IMG/VR virus record: IMGVR_UViG_3300005805_000083
Span: 2,921 to 66,920 of that record
Length of the DNA: 64,000 nucleotides
Source of the DNA: a virus
Taxonomy: Duplodnaviria > Caudoviricetes
Reading direction: 5' to 3' (one strand)
A program made the position numbers and the translations under genes. This document shows, one piece after another, positions 8,912-18,202 of this stretch. The notes below the pieces were generated by a model. The model was not told the DNA's origin. It was given only the letters and a program-made list of their open reading frames with translations, and ran no database searches. Each line of letters begins with the position of its first letter. Positions within the stretch are counted from its first letter, which is position 1.

Positions 8912-10051
8912 TTACTCCTCGTCGTTGATTTCTGAATTTTCCAATTCTCGAACTGAATGCACCCGCGTTTTTGGCCCTATGGGGCTAGCGGCACGGCTCT
9001 TCGCCAGAGAGTGCATAAAAAGCGAGTTTATCAGTGAGTAAATGGTGTATGACTTTGGGTCTGCAACATGCTTTCTTCTGTATTCGGCAACGAACGCTTT
9101 TGCTCTTTGTTTTTTTGATTCACCAATCATGTAATCATCTATGAATCTCTTGGCGCCGTCAAAACCCATTGACGCATACTTCTTGACAACTGCATCCAAA
9201 TCAAAAACTGGCCAGTATCTGTACTGTGCGTCAATATATGGGAAACACTCAACCAGCCTGTCGTAAAATTCTGGCTCTGTCGCAACAACATCACCAATGC
9301 GTCGTATGGCAACAGAATGAAGTGGAATCCCCACCCTGGTGTTGCTTCCCGTTACTGCTGCAGCATCGTAGTACTCGCAGTACCTTTCATTATGTTCTTC
9401 AATTATGAACTTAAAAACATCCGCTGTTTGCCAATCGTAAATTACCTTGGCAAATTTCATTGGCATGCCCTTTTTCCCTTTGTATGGGGTAACTATGTAG
9501 TTCTCGTGCAATTTTTGCACAAGTGAGCGATATCTAATCATTGACTCATTCGCCCTCACTCCAGTGACGAAAGCAACGCTTCCCTTCTTGCCCTGCATTG
9601 TGTAATAGTCGAGACTTTCAGTAATCTGACTTTCGTCGCTTAACCCAAAGTGCTTATAGGTAATCGCAAAGGGCGGCATTTCCCTGATTAGGCGACCCTC
9701 TTTTCTTCGCTTATCGCTCCACAAGGTCACTGATTGTCTTCTTCCCAAAACCCATATCTCCGACCCAGAAGGCAAGCAATACCACTCCATGTCAACCCAG
9801 GGCTTTTCCCTGATGTAATTGACGTAATCGACAACCATGGGGCTAAGCATTTCTTCATCGCGGAAAATTACTTTTACAGGGCCAAGACCACGCTCCTCGT
9901 GCACCTCTTTTGCCAATAGAAGCACGGCAGTTGAATCTTTTCCTCCAGAAAACTGCACGCAAACAGTGTCAAAAGTGTCGTATACGTGGCGAATTCTCTG
10001 GCGTGCCGCTTCCACGCAGTCAATGTCAAGGAAGAGTCTTTGACGAGTCAT
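8912..10051 (-). CDS. ibrA: PAPS-reductase-family (PP-loop) protein, IbrA/YbdN-like
   Basis: EAARQRIR..YDTFDTVCVQFSGGKDS PP-loop; FRDEE; GVRANES..R; IYDW...DVFK motifs. Confidence 0.8.
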   Translation of the reverse strand: MTRQRLFLDIDCVEAARQRIRHVYDTFDTVCVQFSGGKDSTAVLLLAKEVHEERGLGPVKVIFRDEEMLSPMVVDYVNYIREKPWVDMEWYCLPSGSEIWVLGRRQSVTLWSDKRRKEGRLIREMPPFAITYKHFGLSDESQITESLDYYTMQGKKGSVAFVTGVRANESMIRYRSLVQKLHENYIVTPYKGKKGMPMKFAKVIYDWQTADVFKFIIEEHNERYCEYYDAAAVTGSNTRVGIPLHSVAIRRIGDVVATEPEFYDRLVECFPYIDAQYRYWPVFDLDAVVKKYASMGFDGAKRFIDDYMIGESKKQRAKAFVAEYRRKHVADPKSYTIYSLINSLFMHSLAKSRAASPIGPKTRVHSVRELENSEINDEE

Positions 10052-10842
10052 GCGTCTGTATGGGCGTCAATGAAGTTAATTAGTCTTTCCGCTGTTGTGG
10101 TCCCATCGATTGATGGGTCGTTTCGCAACCACCTAATGAAGTCGTACCATCTGCGCTGTTGTTCCGCATCATCAAACACGACTTGCACCGAAACTATTGC
10201 CTTTGGCGCCGCGCCTGGAAGTGCAACAGTCGAACCGCGAAGTGCTACTTCCCTATGGTCCACGTCTTTTGGAGCAATTAACTTGGTTTCTCCGTCATCG
10301 TCTTTTGTGGCAAACGATGAAATTTGTTTTTCTATTTCGTCATTTGTATCTGTTGGCTGGGCAACAATTACTGGTGGGATATAAGAAGTCTTTGTGATTT
10401 CTTCGCTTGCCTTTACCACCGCTCGCTCATCCATCGCGGCCATTTCAAACTCATCCCACCCAAGACCATCCCAAAGTTCACTGAAGTCACTTGATACCTC
10501 AGTAAGCATCTTTTGAAGAAGGTCATCGTCGGTGTAACCCAACTCCATCGTCCTATTGTCGGCAAGAGCATAAGCAACAGCCTGCTTATCGTCTGCGTCA
10601 AGAAAGATGACTGCAATCTTGTCCCACCCAAGTTTTATTGCCGCCATCAATTGGTGATTGCCAGCGATAACCGTGCCGCTTCCATCCATATTCTTTTTGG
10701 CGACTATCGGTTTGACTTGTCCAAATTCCTTATATGAAGCAGCAATTGCGTCAACATTCCCCTTTCTGGGGTTTCCTTCAAGAAAATCCAATTCATGAAT
10801 TGGCCAAGCCATGCCCTGCAACGATGGATGAATATTGTTCAT
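10048..10842 (-). CDS. ParB-like nuclease-domain protein
   Basis: NPRKGNVDAIAASYKEFGQVKPIV...VIAGNHQLMAA..LGW...ALADNRT; no methylase domain follows. Confidence 0.8.
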   Translation of the reverse strand: MNNIHPSLQGMAWPIHELDFLEGNPRKGNVDAIAASYKEFGQVKPIVAKKNMDGSGTVIAGNHQLMAAIKLGWDKIAVIFLDADDKQAVAYALADNRTMELGYTDDDLLQKMLTEVSSDFSELWDGLGWDEFEMAAMDERAVVKASEEITKTSYIPPVIVAQPTDTNDEIEKQISSFATKDDDGETKLIAPKDVDHREVALRGSTVALPGAAPKAIVSVQVVFDDAEQQRRWYDFIRWLRNDPSIDGTTTAERLINFIDAHTDA

Positions 10843-11177
10843 ACCTGAACCCTCACGTTCGCATTAAGTGTCCTGAGTGAATCCATTGCCGTGCGCAAAG
10901 AAAGCAACTTTTCTCGCTTGGACTTAACCAATGCTTCGGCAATTTTGTAGTCATAGTCGAAGTCGGCCATCTTGTAATCAGCCCACGCCTCACGCTCTTT
11001 GATTGAGCCTTTTGCGGATAGGTATTCTTTCGCCCAGTTTGCCTTGTATAGCGATTCCTTTTTTGCTGCGTCTTCCGCAAGTTTTTCAAATGCTTCTGTT
11101 TCTTCTTCGAGCATGTCCATCATTCGCAACAACTCCTGCTCAATATCTACTTGGCTTATGGGAGCAGTTCTGACCAT
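10839..11177 (-). CDS. Coiled-coil hypothetical protein
   Basis: Start trimmed to ATG 11177 (SD AGGAG); helical, charged sequence. Confidence 0.6.
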   Translation of the reverse strand: MVRTAPISQVDIEQELLRMMDMLEEETEAFEKLAEDAAKKESLYKANWAKEYLSAKGSIKEREAWADYKMADFDYDYKIAEALVKSKREKLLSLRTAMDSLRTLNANVRVQV

Positions 11178-11734
11178 CTCGAATTTCTCCTTAGTGCTTC
11201 GTACAGTGGGGTCCAATCTATCTTGTCCAGAGCGGACAATTGCTTGTTCGACCACGAATACCAAGATTCGTTTAATTTTGCGTAGGCCATTTGTTCAAGA
11301 ACCCATGCGTCGCACTCATCATCGCCATAACCATCATAAAATCTCTCAGGAAACTGGGCCTTGAGAGATAATAGAACGTCCTGCTTGTTGGCATTTCCGT
11401 TTCCAGTGGCAAATTTTGCCCTGCATTTTGGTGGAATTTCAACGGTTGAAAACCCAGCCCGATGCAAATCAACCTTTACAACACCGCCCAATTCACCAAG
11501 TGAGTGGGCTCTGGAAAACTTTGAACCGAATGAATATCCCTCAATAATGACCGCTATCGGCCGTGAATTAACTGCAAAATTAGTTATTTTGTCGGATATT
11601 TCTATGAGGCGCTCGATTCCACGAGTTTTTGGCTTTATGGAAAAAGTTTCCCCGTTTACGCTTACGCCAGTTGAGGTTAGGGAAAGGTCCAAACCCATTA
11701 ACTTGGGGTACTCAATTTTGGCCATGTCACCCAT
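11156..11734 (-). CDS. ruvC: RuvC-like Holliday junction resolvase
   Basis: MGLDLSLTSTG, VIIEGYSFG, LGELGGVVK, KFATGNGNANK, DECDA motifs; start trimmed to avoid overlap with the HNH gene. Confidence 0.8.
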   Translation of the reverse strand: MGDMAKIEYPKLMGLDLSLTSTGVSVNGETFSIKPKTRGIERLIEISDKITNFAVNSRPIAVIIEGYSFGSKFSRAHSLGELGGVVKVDLHRAGFSTVEIPPKCRAKFATGNGNANKQDVLLSLKAQFPERFYDGYGDDECDAWVLEQMAYAKLNESWYSWSNKQLSALDKIDWTPLYEALRRNSRWSELLP

Positions 11735-11744
11735 GGCGCCAAGA

Positions 11745-12062
11745 TTAGTCGTTGGGTTCGCTTTCCCAGTGGTGCTTTGAAAGTCCCAACTCAAATGCCA
11801 ATTGTGGATATCTGCCAATCCTGTCATGGCACCTTCTGCACACCGCCAAAAGATTTGACTCATCAAGGATTGAGCCACCCTGGGAGCGCCTTACTAATTC
11901 ATGAATGTCCTGAGATGGATTTTGCTGGTAGGTGACTTTCCCATCATGTTTTGCAAAAACCCCACATGCTTGACAATGCGGATATTTCTCCAACATTTTT
12001 ACAACAAGAGGCCTGCGAAGTTTGTATTCCTCTTCTTTTTTCTTGCTGCGATACCGCATCAA
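11745..12062 (-). CDS. HNH endonuclease
   Basis: CQAC...DIHELVRRSQGG...NLLAVCRRCH. Confidence 0.85.
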   Translation of the reverse strand: MMRYRSKKKEEEYKLRRPLVVKMLEKYPHCQACGVFAKHDGKVTYQQNPSQDIHELVRRSQGGSILDESNLLAVCRRCHDRIGRYPQLAFELGLSKHHWESEPND

Positions 12063-12589
12063 ATATTGCTTTCGTTAATCTCCTCGAAAGCCCACTCATT
12101 ATTTAGGGCGCGCCACAGGGCCCTATCTATTTCAGTTGCTTCTAGGTCGTACTCATAAAGCAATGCCTTGTGTTTTGCTATTGCTTTACGATAAAAATTG
12201 GCATCGCTGCTGGCGGTGAGGATGTCTTTCCCGACGTGGTCAAGGCCGCCAGTCTCAATCATTTTCATAACATCATCAAGTCGCCTGTTTACGTGAAATC
12301 GAAAACGTTCTATCTTGGTTTTTCTGGTCTTGTAGGCAAATTCTGCCTCCTGCAAGAGAACTACGCCATCTTCACCCATTGAACCGAAACGGTCACGGTC
12401 TGATTCTTGGTCCGCCTCAATATTCGCTATCTGCTCATCAAGATTTTCTATAAGCATGACCAGGGCGCGCTTCCATCTATTCCAGTTTTCCTGGCTTAGA
12501 AGGACTTGGCGCTGCCTGCTTGAAACCTTATTTTTTACATCCTCTGATACGAGGCGGGCAAATTCATCGTCTGAAATATACATAATCAC
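12059..12589 (-). CDS. Hypothetical protein
   Basis: 176-aa ORF coupled to neighbours by 4-nt overlaps. Confidence 0.65.
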   Translation of the reverse strand: MIMYISDDEFARLVSEDVKNKVSSRQRQVLLSQENWNRWKRALVMLIENLDEQIANIEADQESDRDRFGSMGEDGVVLLQEAEFAYKTRKTKIERFRFHVNRRLDDVMKMIETGGLDHVGKDILTASSDANFYRKAIAKHKALLYEYDLEATEIDRALWRALNNEWAFEEINESNI

Positions 12590-13374
12590 TTACTCCATGC
12601 TGGGCAAATATTTTTGTACGAACACCAGTCGCACAACCTAGATTTTACAGGTTCAAAAACACCAGTTACACATCGTTCGTCGACCATTGCTTTTATATTT
12701 GAGACTCTGGCAACTGTCGCAGCAAGTGAATCGCTGGTTACCTCTTCCGTGAATTTAACACCATCTTTGAGGTATATAAGTTCCAATGATTGGACAGGGA
12801 AAACTTGGATTTCTTGCATTATCGCTGCATAAATGCGCAACTGCTCAAATTTATCTGAAAGCCATTCAACTTTTGGTGTTTTGCCAGTTTTGTAGTCGGA
12901 AATTACCAACCCACTTCCACCGCCGTCTGTTTTTGTGTAGCGGTCAATGTATCCCTTTAGGACAACCCCACCAAGTGGATGATTGAGTTCGCTCTCAAGG
13001 CCAATCGGGTGAACTGATTGCGGGTCTTCCACCTTCCATAAATTTTCTATACAGAACCACGCCTGCCACCTAAAAGTGCGTATTTCCTCACTGCTTCGTA
13101 GCAACGAAGTAACTGGTTCTGCCCACGTCGAATGCCAATACTGCTTTGCCAAATCTCGCGCCGCGTCAACAGTCCTCTCCATCCACGGCAACTTGTAAAG
13201 ATTTTCAAGCACGTCATGGACAAAATTGCCCATCATCGCTTCCTTGCCTGGCCTGTCTGGAATCAGGTCTATTTTGCTGTACCTGAATTTCAGCGGGCAT
13301 TGCTCAAAAGTCGCCAGAGAAGAAGGCGACAAATGTGGTGGTGGCTTTAGTTTTTCACCGTCAGTTTGGGACAT
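12586..13374 (-). CDS. PD-(D/E)XK RecB/Cas4-like exonuclease with Fe-S cysteines
   Basis: LSPSSLATFEQCP...GNFVH...GYIDR...ISDYKTG...QLRIY...CDWCSYKNIC. Confidence 0.88.
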   Translation of the reverse strand: MSQTDGEKLKPPPHLSPSSLATFEQCPLKFRYSKIDLIPDRPGKEAMMGNFVHDVLENLYKLPWMERTVDAARDLAKQYWHSTWAEPVTSLLRSSEEIRTFRWQAWFCIENLWKVEDPQSVHPIGLESELNHPLGGVVLKGYIDRYTKTDGGGSGLVISDYKTGKTPKVEWLSDKFEQLRIYAAIMQEIQVFPVQSLELIYLKDGVKFTEEVTSDSLAATVARVSNIKAMVDERCVTGVFEPVKSRLCDWCSYKNICPAWSK

Positions 13375-14011
13375 GGCTTCCACCGAACTGAATGCGAACG
13401 GTTTCTGCCAATAACGCATCTAACTCTTCGGCGGTTACCTGATTTGGTGCAGTTGGCTTGGGTTTATCGCCATGGTTTTGCTTCCAAAAAACGCCAAGTT
13501 GTTCACGGCCATCTTTGTTCAAGCCTTTCGACATTTCCTTGAAGTTTTCCCATTTTTGCTCATGCTCGGAAAGCGGAACATTTGCAGCGTCAATTGCCTG
13601 CTCAATCTCAATCGCCTCTTCGCTTCGGGCAAGATAAAGACCGACACCAAATGCTTGTGCGGCCTTTTTTAATGCGTCCGAAATTGCGCCCTTGAACTCA
13701 TCGCCGAGGTCAAGAATTTGTCCAGCCTTGGTCCGCTTGATTTTCTGCCCACCAATTCCATCACGAACAATGGTGGAAAATTCGCTTACGAAGTATTCGA
13801 TGCGAACGTGCGCGATGACAAAGTCAGGGTCAAGCGCATCGCGCTCGCATTTCTGAATTGTGTACGACCATTTGTCAACGCCGAACACTTTGTTCAATCG
13901 CGTGATGACTTCACTAACTGGAATGTAGGTGAGGTTGACCCCACCTTTGTTAATCATCTTTTCCATTTCCTGAGGAAATGGCTCAGACAGTCTGTTGTAC
14001 ATGTCGCTCAT
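13361..14011 (-). CDS. Rad52/Sak-family single-strand annealing protein
   Basis: TYIPVSEVITRLNKVFG..W...RDGIGG...KGAISDALKKAAQAFGVGLYL. Confidence 0.85.
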   Translation of the reverse strand: MSDMYNRLSEPFPQEMEKMINKGGVNLTYIPVSEVITRLNKVFGVDKWSYTIQKCERDALDPDFVIAHVRIEYFVSEFSTIVRDGIGGQKIKRTKAGQILDLGDEFKGAISDALKKAAQAFGVGLYLARSEEAIEIEQAIDAANVPLSEHEQKWENFKEMSKGLNKDGREQLGVFWKQNHGDKPKPTAPNQVTAEELDALLAETVRIQFGGSHVPN

Positions 14012-14514
14012 TTGTTCTTGTCCCCCAATCGCACAATGATGCTGGTCTTGCTTTCTCCCTGCTCACAATACAGGTCTGGGTTGATGCCAATTTCACCCAA
14101 CTTGCCGACTCGCCAATATGACACGGCGGCATAATCAAGAAGTTTCTCAACCATCTGCGTAACGGTCATTGTTCGTTCACCAGTGTCCATATCTACGGCC
14201 ATTTCGTTCAAGCGCTCAGCAACGCGATTGGCAAGTTTGGAGTGGTCCCATTTCTTGCGGTCAACAGCGCTCTTTTTTTCAACAGTCGCGCCAGATTGGG
14301 TTTCCACCATGCCTCGGTTGCCCATCAGCATGCCGACTTTGCCCGCGAAAGAATCGTAGATAATCCCCATATCGCGTTTGACCATGTTCAGTTGGGTCAA
14401 CAATTCAGCGGCTTGCTCGATGTCTGGGGTCGTCTTGATGTATTCGCCCAAAAGAGCATCAATCTCCATGAGGTCATTGCGCCATTTTTCAAATACGGAT
14501 GTGTCCAAAGACAT
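14008..14514 (-). CDS. Hypothetical protein
   Basis: 168 aa, SD AGGAG, first gene of the recombination operon. Confidence 0.65.
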   Translation of the reverse strand: MSLDTSVFEKWRNDLMEIDALLGEYIKTTPDIEQAAELLTQLNMVKRDMGIIYDSFAGKVGMLMGNRGMVETQSGATVEKKSAVDRKKWDHSKLANRVAERLNEMAVDMDTGERTMTVTQMVEKLLDYAAVSYWRVGKLGEIGINPDLYCEQGESKTSIIVRLGDKNK

Positions 14515-14545
14515 TTGTATCTCCTGTTAGTAGTTGGTGTATAAC

Positions 14546-15853
14546 TCACACCACGATACTGGCTTTTCTCCTTTGCGGCAACCCGAGTCCAGTCAAATGA
14601 TTAAACGCGCCTGTTGCGGAGTCAACTTGGTCATCGTGTGGTGATGCTTCGGGAAACGAGGCAAATTCATCTAGCCAGTCACTCAGCCAAGCGCCACGAA
14701 CAACCCTCACATTGCCGTTCGCCAAGGCGGCGGCGAATGGTCTCGCTCTGGTCACTTTGTCTCCAGTTGACCTATTGGCGGCAAAATCAAACCCAGGAAG
14801 AACGTATCTTGCGTATTGGTCAACAAGCGCTTTGCCAGATGAGCCAGGCTCCTGTTCCATTCTTATTGCCACGCCAACGCCGTCTTCATAAGCAGTTTGC
14901 GCAATGAACTGCTCAACCTTGTCGGCCTTTATGCGCTTTTTCCTTACGTCCAATACATAGGCAATACCCTGGTCGAACATCATGAGAGTCCCGACTGTCC
15001 AGTCTGGGTCTGGGGTTGATTGACTTGGTTCAGTAGCCGCAAGGTCCCAAAACCTAACGACTCTGGCTGATGAACTAACAACTGGTATTTCGTCGTTATC
15101 GATAATAACCACTGATGTTCGGTCAAACATCGTACCGAGGGTTGTCGACCACCAGTCACCCTCTTCAAGCCTTCTTCTTTCCACTGGGTCAAGGGCTGCA
15201 AGGGCCTGCCTGTACGAATCGGCATCAATGCCTGGGTTATCCGTTAGTCGTGAAGGAACAAAAATCCTACCCTTTTCCTGCCCTTCGACTATGAAGCGTT
15301 GTCTCACCCAGTTTGGGGCAGGGTTGGACGCACATCTCATTCGTAGTGGGACTGAGGACAATGGGCCGCTGGCAGGACGGCGTAGACGCGAAAACAAATA
15401 TCTGTAATCGCTTTCCCGTATTTCGGTTACTTCATCCATACCGATGAACTGAAATTCTGAACCCTTATAACGCAGATAGTCGTTTGTGTTATTCAGGTAT
15501 CCAAACGAAATTCTGGCCCCAGAGGGGAACGTGGCAACGAAACTGTTATTGTTCCAATGAACATCATCGTACTGAGTTACCCAAGTGCGGAATCTGTCCA
15601 TCAAGGCGCCAGGAAGGGACAAGTCAGCAAATGTTCTTCTGAACAAGATTGCGGAGTATCCAGGGACATCTACGTACTGGAGAGCCGCCATTAAAAGCGC
15701 AGAACTCTTGCCACCACCAGCAGCACCACCAAAAAGTGCTTCAATCGAATACGTTCGCAGGAAAACCTTTTGATTTATTGACGGCTGCTCAGGACAGAAA
15801 AGCGCTGGCTTAGGTTCTAGATATTCGAGAATTTTATTCCAGTCTTTTTGCAC
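14546..15853 (-). CDS. terL: Terminase large subunit
   Basis: Walker A GGAAGGGKS, Walker B IGMDEV, ASNP, nuclease WDLA...DWTVG...HDDQVDS. Confidence 0.93.
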   Translation of the reverse strand: MQKDWNKILEYLEPKPALFCPEQPSINQKVFLRTYSIEALFGGAAGGGKSSALLMAALQYVDVPGYSAILFRRTFADLSLPGALMDRFRTWVTQYDDVHWNNNSFVATFPSGARISFGYLNNTNDYLRYKGSEFQFIGMDEVTEIRESDYRYLFSRLRRPASGPLSSVPLRMRCASNPAPNWVRQRFIVEGQEKGRIFVPSRLTDNPGIDADSYRQALAALDPVERRRLEEGDWWSTTLGTMFDRTSVVIIDNDEIPVVSSSARVVRFWDLAATEPSQSTPDPDWTVGTLMMFDQGIAYVLDVRKKRIKADKVEQFIAQTAYEDGVGVAIRMEQEPGSSGKALVDQYARYVLPGFDFAANRSTGDKVTRARPFAAALANGNVRVVRGAWLSDWLDEFASFPEASPHDDQVDSATGAFNHLTGLGLPQRRKASIVV

Positions 15854-15894
15854 TGTTCAATCGTAGACCATGTTTTGGGGTAGTTTGTAGCAAC

Positions 15895-16074
15895 ATGAAT
15901 AAGGTTCTGTCGTTCCTGCGGTCGTCTGCCAACAGGGCTACTTTCGCAAATGTGTTGATGGTTTCATTTATACTGTTTAGTGCGGTAGGAGGATTTTTAA
16001 TAGCGCCCCCCGTCGGTTTTATCATTGCAGGAGTTGCTTGTGGAGTTTTCGGATTTTTACTTGGTGCTGAGTAG
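15895..16074 (+). CDS. Small membrane protein preceding the portal
   Basis: Read by hand: MNKVLSFLRSSANRATFANVLMVSFILFSAVGGFLIAPPVGFIIAGVACGVFGFLLGAE* (59 aa, two hydrophobic segments); ends 7 nt before the portal start. Confidence 0.7.
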   Translation: MNKVLSFLRSSANRATFANVLMVSFILFSAVGGFLIAPPVGFIIAGVACGVFGFLLGAE

Positions 16075-16081
16075 TTAAAAA

Positions 16082-18106
16082 ATGGCCTGGAACTCATCTA
16101 GAAACAAGTCCCTCGCCAACGGCGGGATTAAGGCGCTTGGCCCTGGGGCGCCCATAAATCTTGACCCAGGTCGCACTGGCCGCCCATACCACGACATGTG
16201 GGACATAGAAAGGGCCTACCGCGAGGGATTCCAAAAAATCACATGGGTGCAGAGATGCATCGACGCAATCGCTGGCAATCAGGCGAGATTGCCGATAATT
16301 TTGCGCAAGGACAACTCGCGAGATGGGCAAATCCTGACTGGAAGAAGAGCGTTGCGGTCCCCGCTGATAGATATTTTTAACACCAAGTCAAACGAAGGCG
16401 AAAACTCATTCATCTTCCGATACAGGCTTTCTTCGCAATTGCTTATGTCATCACGCGGTGCATTTATAGAGAAAATAAAGGGAAGAGACGGTCGCCTAAT
16501 CGGCTTGAACCTTCTGCCACCACAATTCACTGCACCAATACCGCATCCAAAAACTTTTATTTCTGGTTACGAAGTACAAATGCCAACTGGCAACAAGGTA
16601 ATTATGAAACCAGAAGATGTTCTTTGGATTCGCAGACCACATCCACTCGACCCGTATCTTTCGTTGACACCGATGGAATCTGCTGGAATTGCAATTGAAA
16701 TTGAAAATTTGGCGAAGGTATACAACAGGAACTATCTAATCAACGACGGACGCCCTGGCGGAATTCTCGTTGTGAAGGGCGAGATTGACGACGACGATAA
16801 GGACGAGTTGCGCAACAGATTCAGGGGCAATATCGGACGTGCTGGACACACAACGGTTATTTCTTCTGATGAGGGCGTTGACTATGTCGACACTTCGGCA
16901 AATCCGCGCGATGCGGCGTATGTGCAAATGCGACAAATCCAAAAAGAAGAGATTCTTGCGGCGTTTGGCGTTCCAGAATCAGTAATTGGAAATGCTTCTG
17001 GCAGAACCTTTAGCAACGCCGCAGAAGAGCACAGAGTTTTCTGGAATGAGACGATGTTGCCACATCTTGACCTTCTTGCTCGCGGATTTGATGAATTGGA
17101 TGAGGTCAATTATGTTGACTTCGATGTTTCCAGCGTTCCAATTCTGATTCTCTACAAGCAGGAACGTTCTCGCTATTTCATGGATGAAGTTCAAATGGGG
17201 TTGATTAGCACCAATGAATACAGAGAGGCAACTAGCCGTAAAAAGGTGAAGAGCGATTTGGCCGATTCGTTGCTCATGAATCCAAACCTCACCCCAATTG
17301 CAAATACGGAAAAAGAGATGGAACAGCAGCCACAGGCTGGAATGCCAGGTGCACCAGGAATGCCGCCAGGAGCACCAGGCATGCCAGGGATGCCACCAGA
17401 GGGTGCGCCACCAGCAATTTCGCCAGACGGAAATGTTGCCAGCCCGCTCGACCCCAACACCATGGCTGGCTCACTCGCGGCCGAGGGCGTCCCACCAGGA
17501 GGTCAACTACCCCCAGAAATGGGCGGTGCGCCAATGCCAACAGACATACAAAATGCTGCGACCCCTCCAGCACAGCAATTGTCGGCAGAAGCGTTTGGCC
17601 TTATCGAAACAAAAGAAGACAGCGTTTCTCTGCAGAGATGGTCGGCAATTCTTGGCAGGGCACTAGAACGCACCATTGAAAGGCAACAGCGCGTCACGTT
17701 GGAGAAAATGGGCGGAGTCAAAGCCAGGAAATCACTTTCAAATGGAAGTCTTGCCATCGACACCATTTTTAATACAGAAATATGGAATAGACAATTTGAC
17801 GAAGACATCAGACCAGTGCTTCAAACAATCATTTCCGATGGTGTTGATTATTCAGAAAAAACCCTTGACCAACAGGACGTGGTGGCGCAACTAAACGCTC
17901 AAATGCAAAGATTTAAGGACATTAACGATTCAACCTATGGGGCATTGAATTCTGCTTATGTTTCAAGCCTTGGCGTAAAGGATGAGGAACAGAGAAACAT
18001 CGTCTTCAGGTCGAGTTGTGTCGCCATATTCTCCAACCTCTTGGCAAAGTCGGTCAGCGAAATTTCTGCTACAGAAGCGCGCCGAGCATGGATGTTTGCA
18101 AACTAA
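16082..18106 (+). CDS. Portal protein (HK97-like) with Pro/Gly-rich insert and C-terminal extension
   Basis: WVQRCIDAIA...LPI; LLMSSRGAFI; HPLDPYLSLTPM; NGRPGGIL; ILAAFGVP...SNAAE. Confidence 0.92.
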   Translation: MAWNSSRNKSLANGGIKALGPGAPINLDPGRTGRPYHDMWDIERAYREGFQKITWVQRCIDAIAGNQARLPIILRKDNSRDGQILTGRRALRSPLIDIFNTKSNEGENSFIFRYRLSSQLLMSSRGAFIEKIKGRDGRLIGLNLLPPQFTAPIPHPKTFISGYEVQMPTGNKVIMKPEDVLWIRRPHPLDPYLSLTPMESAGIAIEIENLAKVYNRNYLINDGRPGGILVVKGEIDDDDKDELRNRFRGNIGRAGHTTVISSDEGVDYVDTSANPRDAAYVQMRQIQKEEILAAFGVPESVIGNASGRTFSNAAEEHRVFWNETMLPHLDLLARGFDELDEVNYVDFDVSSVPILILYKQERSRYFMDEVQMGLISTNEYREATSRKKVKSDLADSLLMNPNLTPIANTEKEMEQQPQAGMPGAPGMPPGAPGMPGMPPEGAPPAISPDGNVASPLDPNTMAGSLAAEGVPPGGQLPPEMGGAPMPTDIQNAATPPAQQLSAEAFGLIETKEDSVSLQRWSAILGRALERTIERQQRVTLEKMGGVKARKSLSNGSLAIDTIFNTEIWNRQFDEDIRPVLQTIISDGVDYSEKTLDQQDVVAQLNAQMQRFKDINDSTYGALNSAYVSSLGVKDEEQRNIVFRSSCVAIFSNLLAKSVSEISATEARRAWMFAN

Positions 18107-18137
18107 TTTCTGTATTTTAATTGCAATTACAGAAATT
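18105..18137. promoter_or_regulatory. 10-bp inverted repeat after the portal stop (operator or terminator-like)
   Basis: AATTTCTGTA-N13-TACAGAAATT. Confidence 0.35.
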
Positions 18138-18202
18138 GATTAGCAATACTTCCAACGAGTGCCTTTGGCTGTCGTTTATTATGGCTAGGGCCAAAAGGAT
18201 TT

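Noticed and set aside
10048-10842. ParB-methyltransferase fusion
   Set aside because: No DPPY/NPPY or SAM-binding motif after the ParB domain.
12586-13374. Cas4 as part of a CRISPR system
   Set aside because: No cas1/cas2 or array; context with Sak and RuvC indicates a recombination nuclease.
15834-16097. 87-aa minus-strand ORF
   Set aside because: Antisense to a better 59-aa membrane protein gene; overlaps both terL and portal starts.
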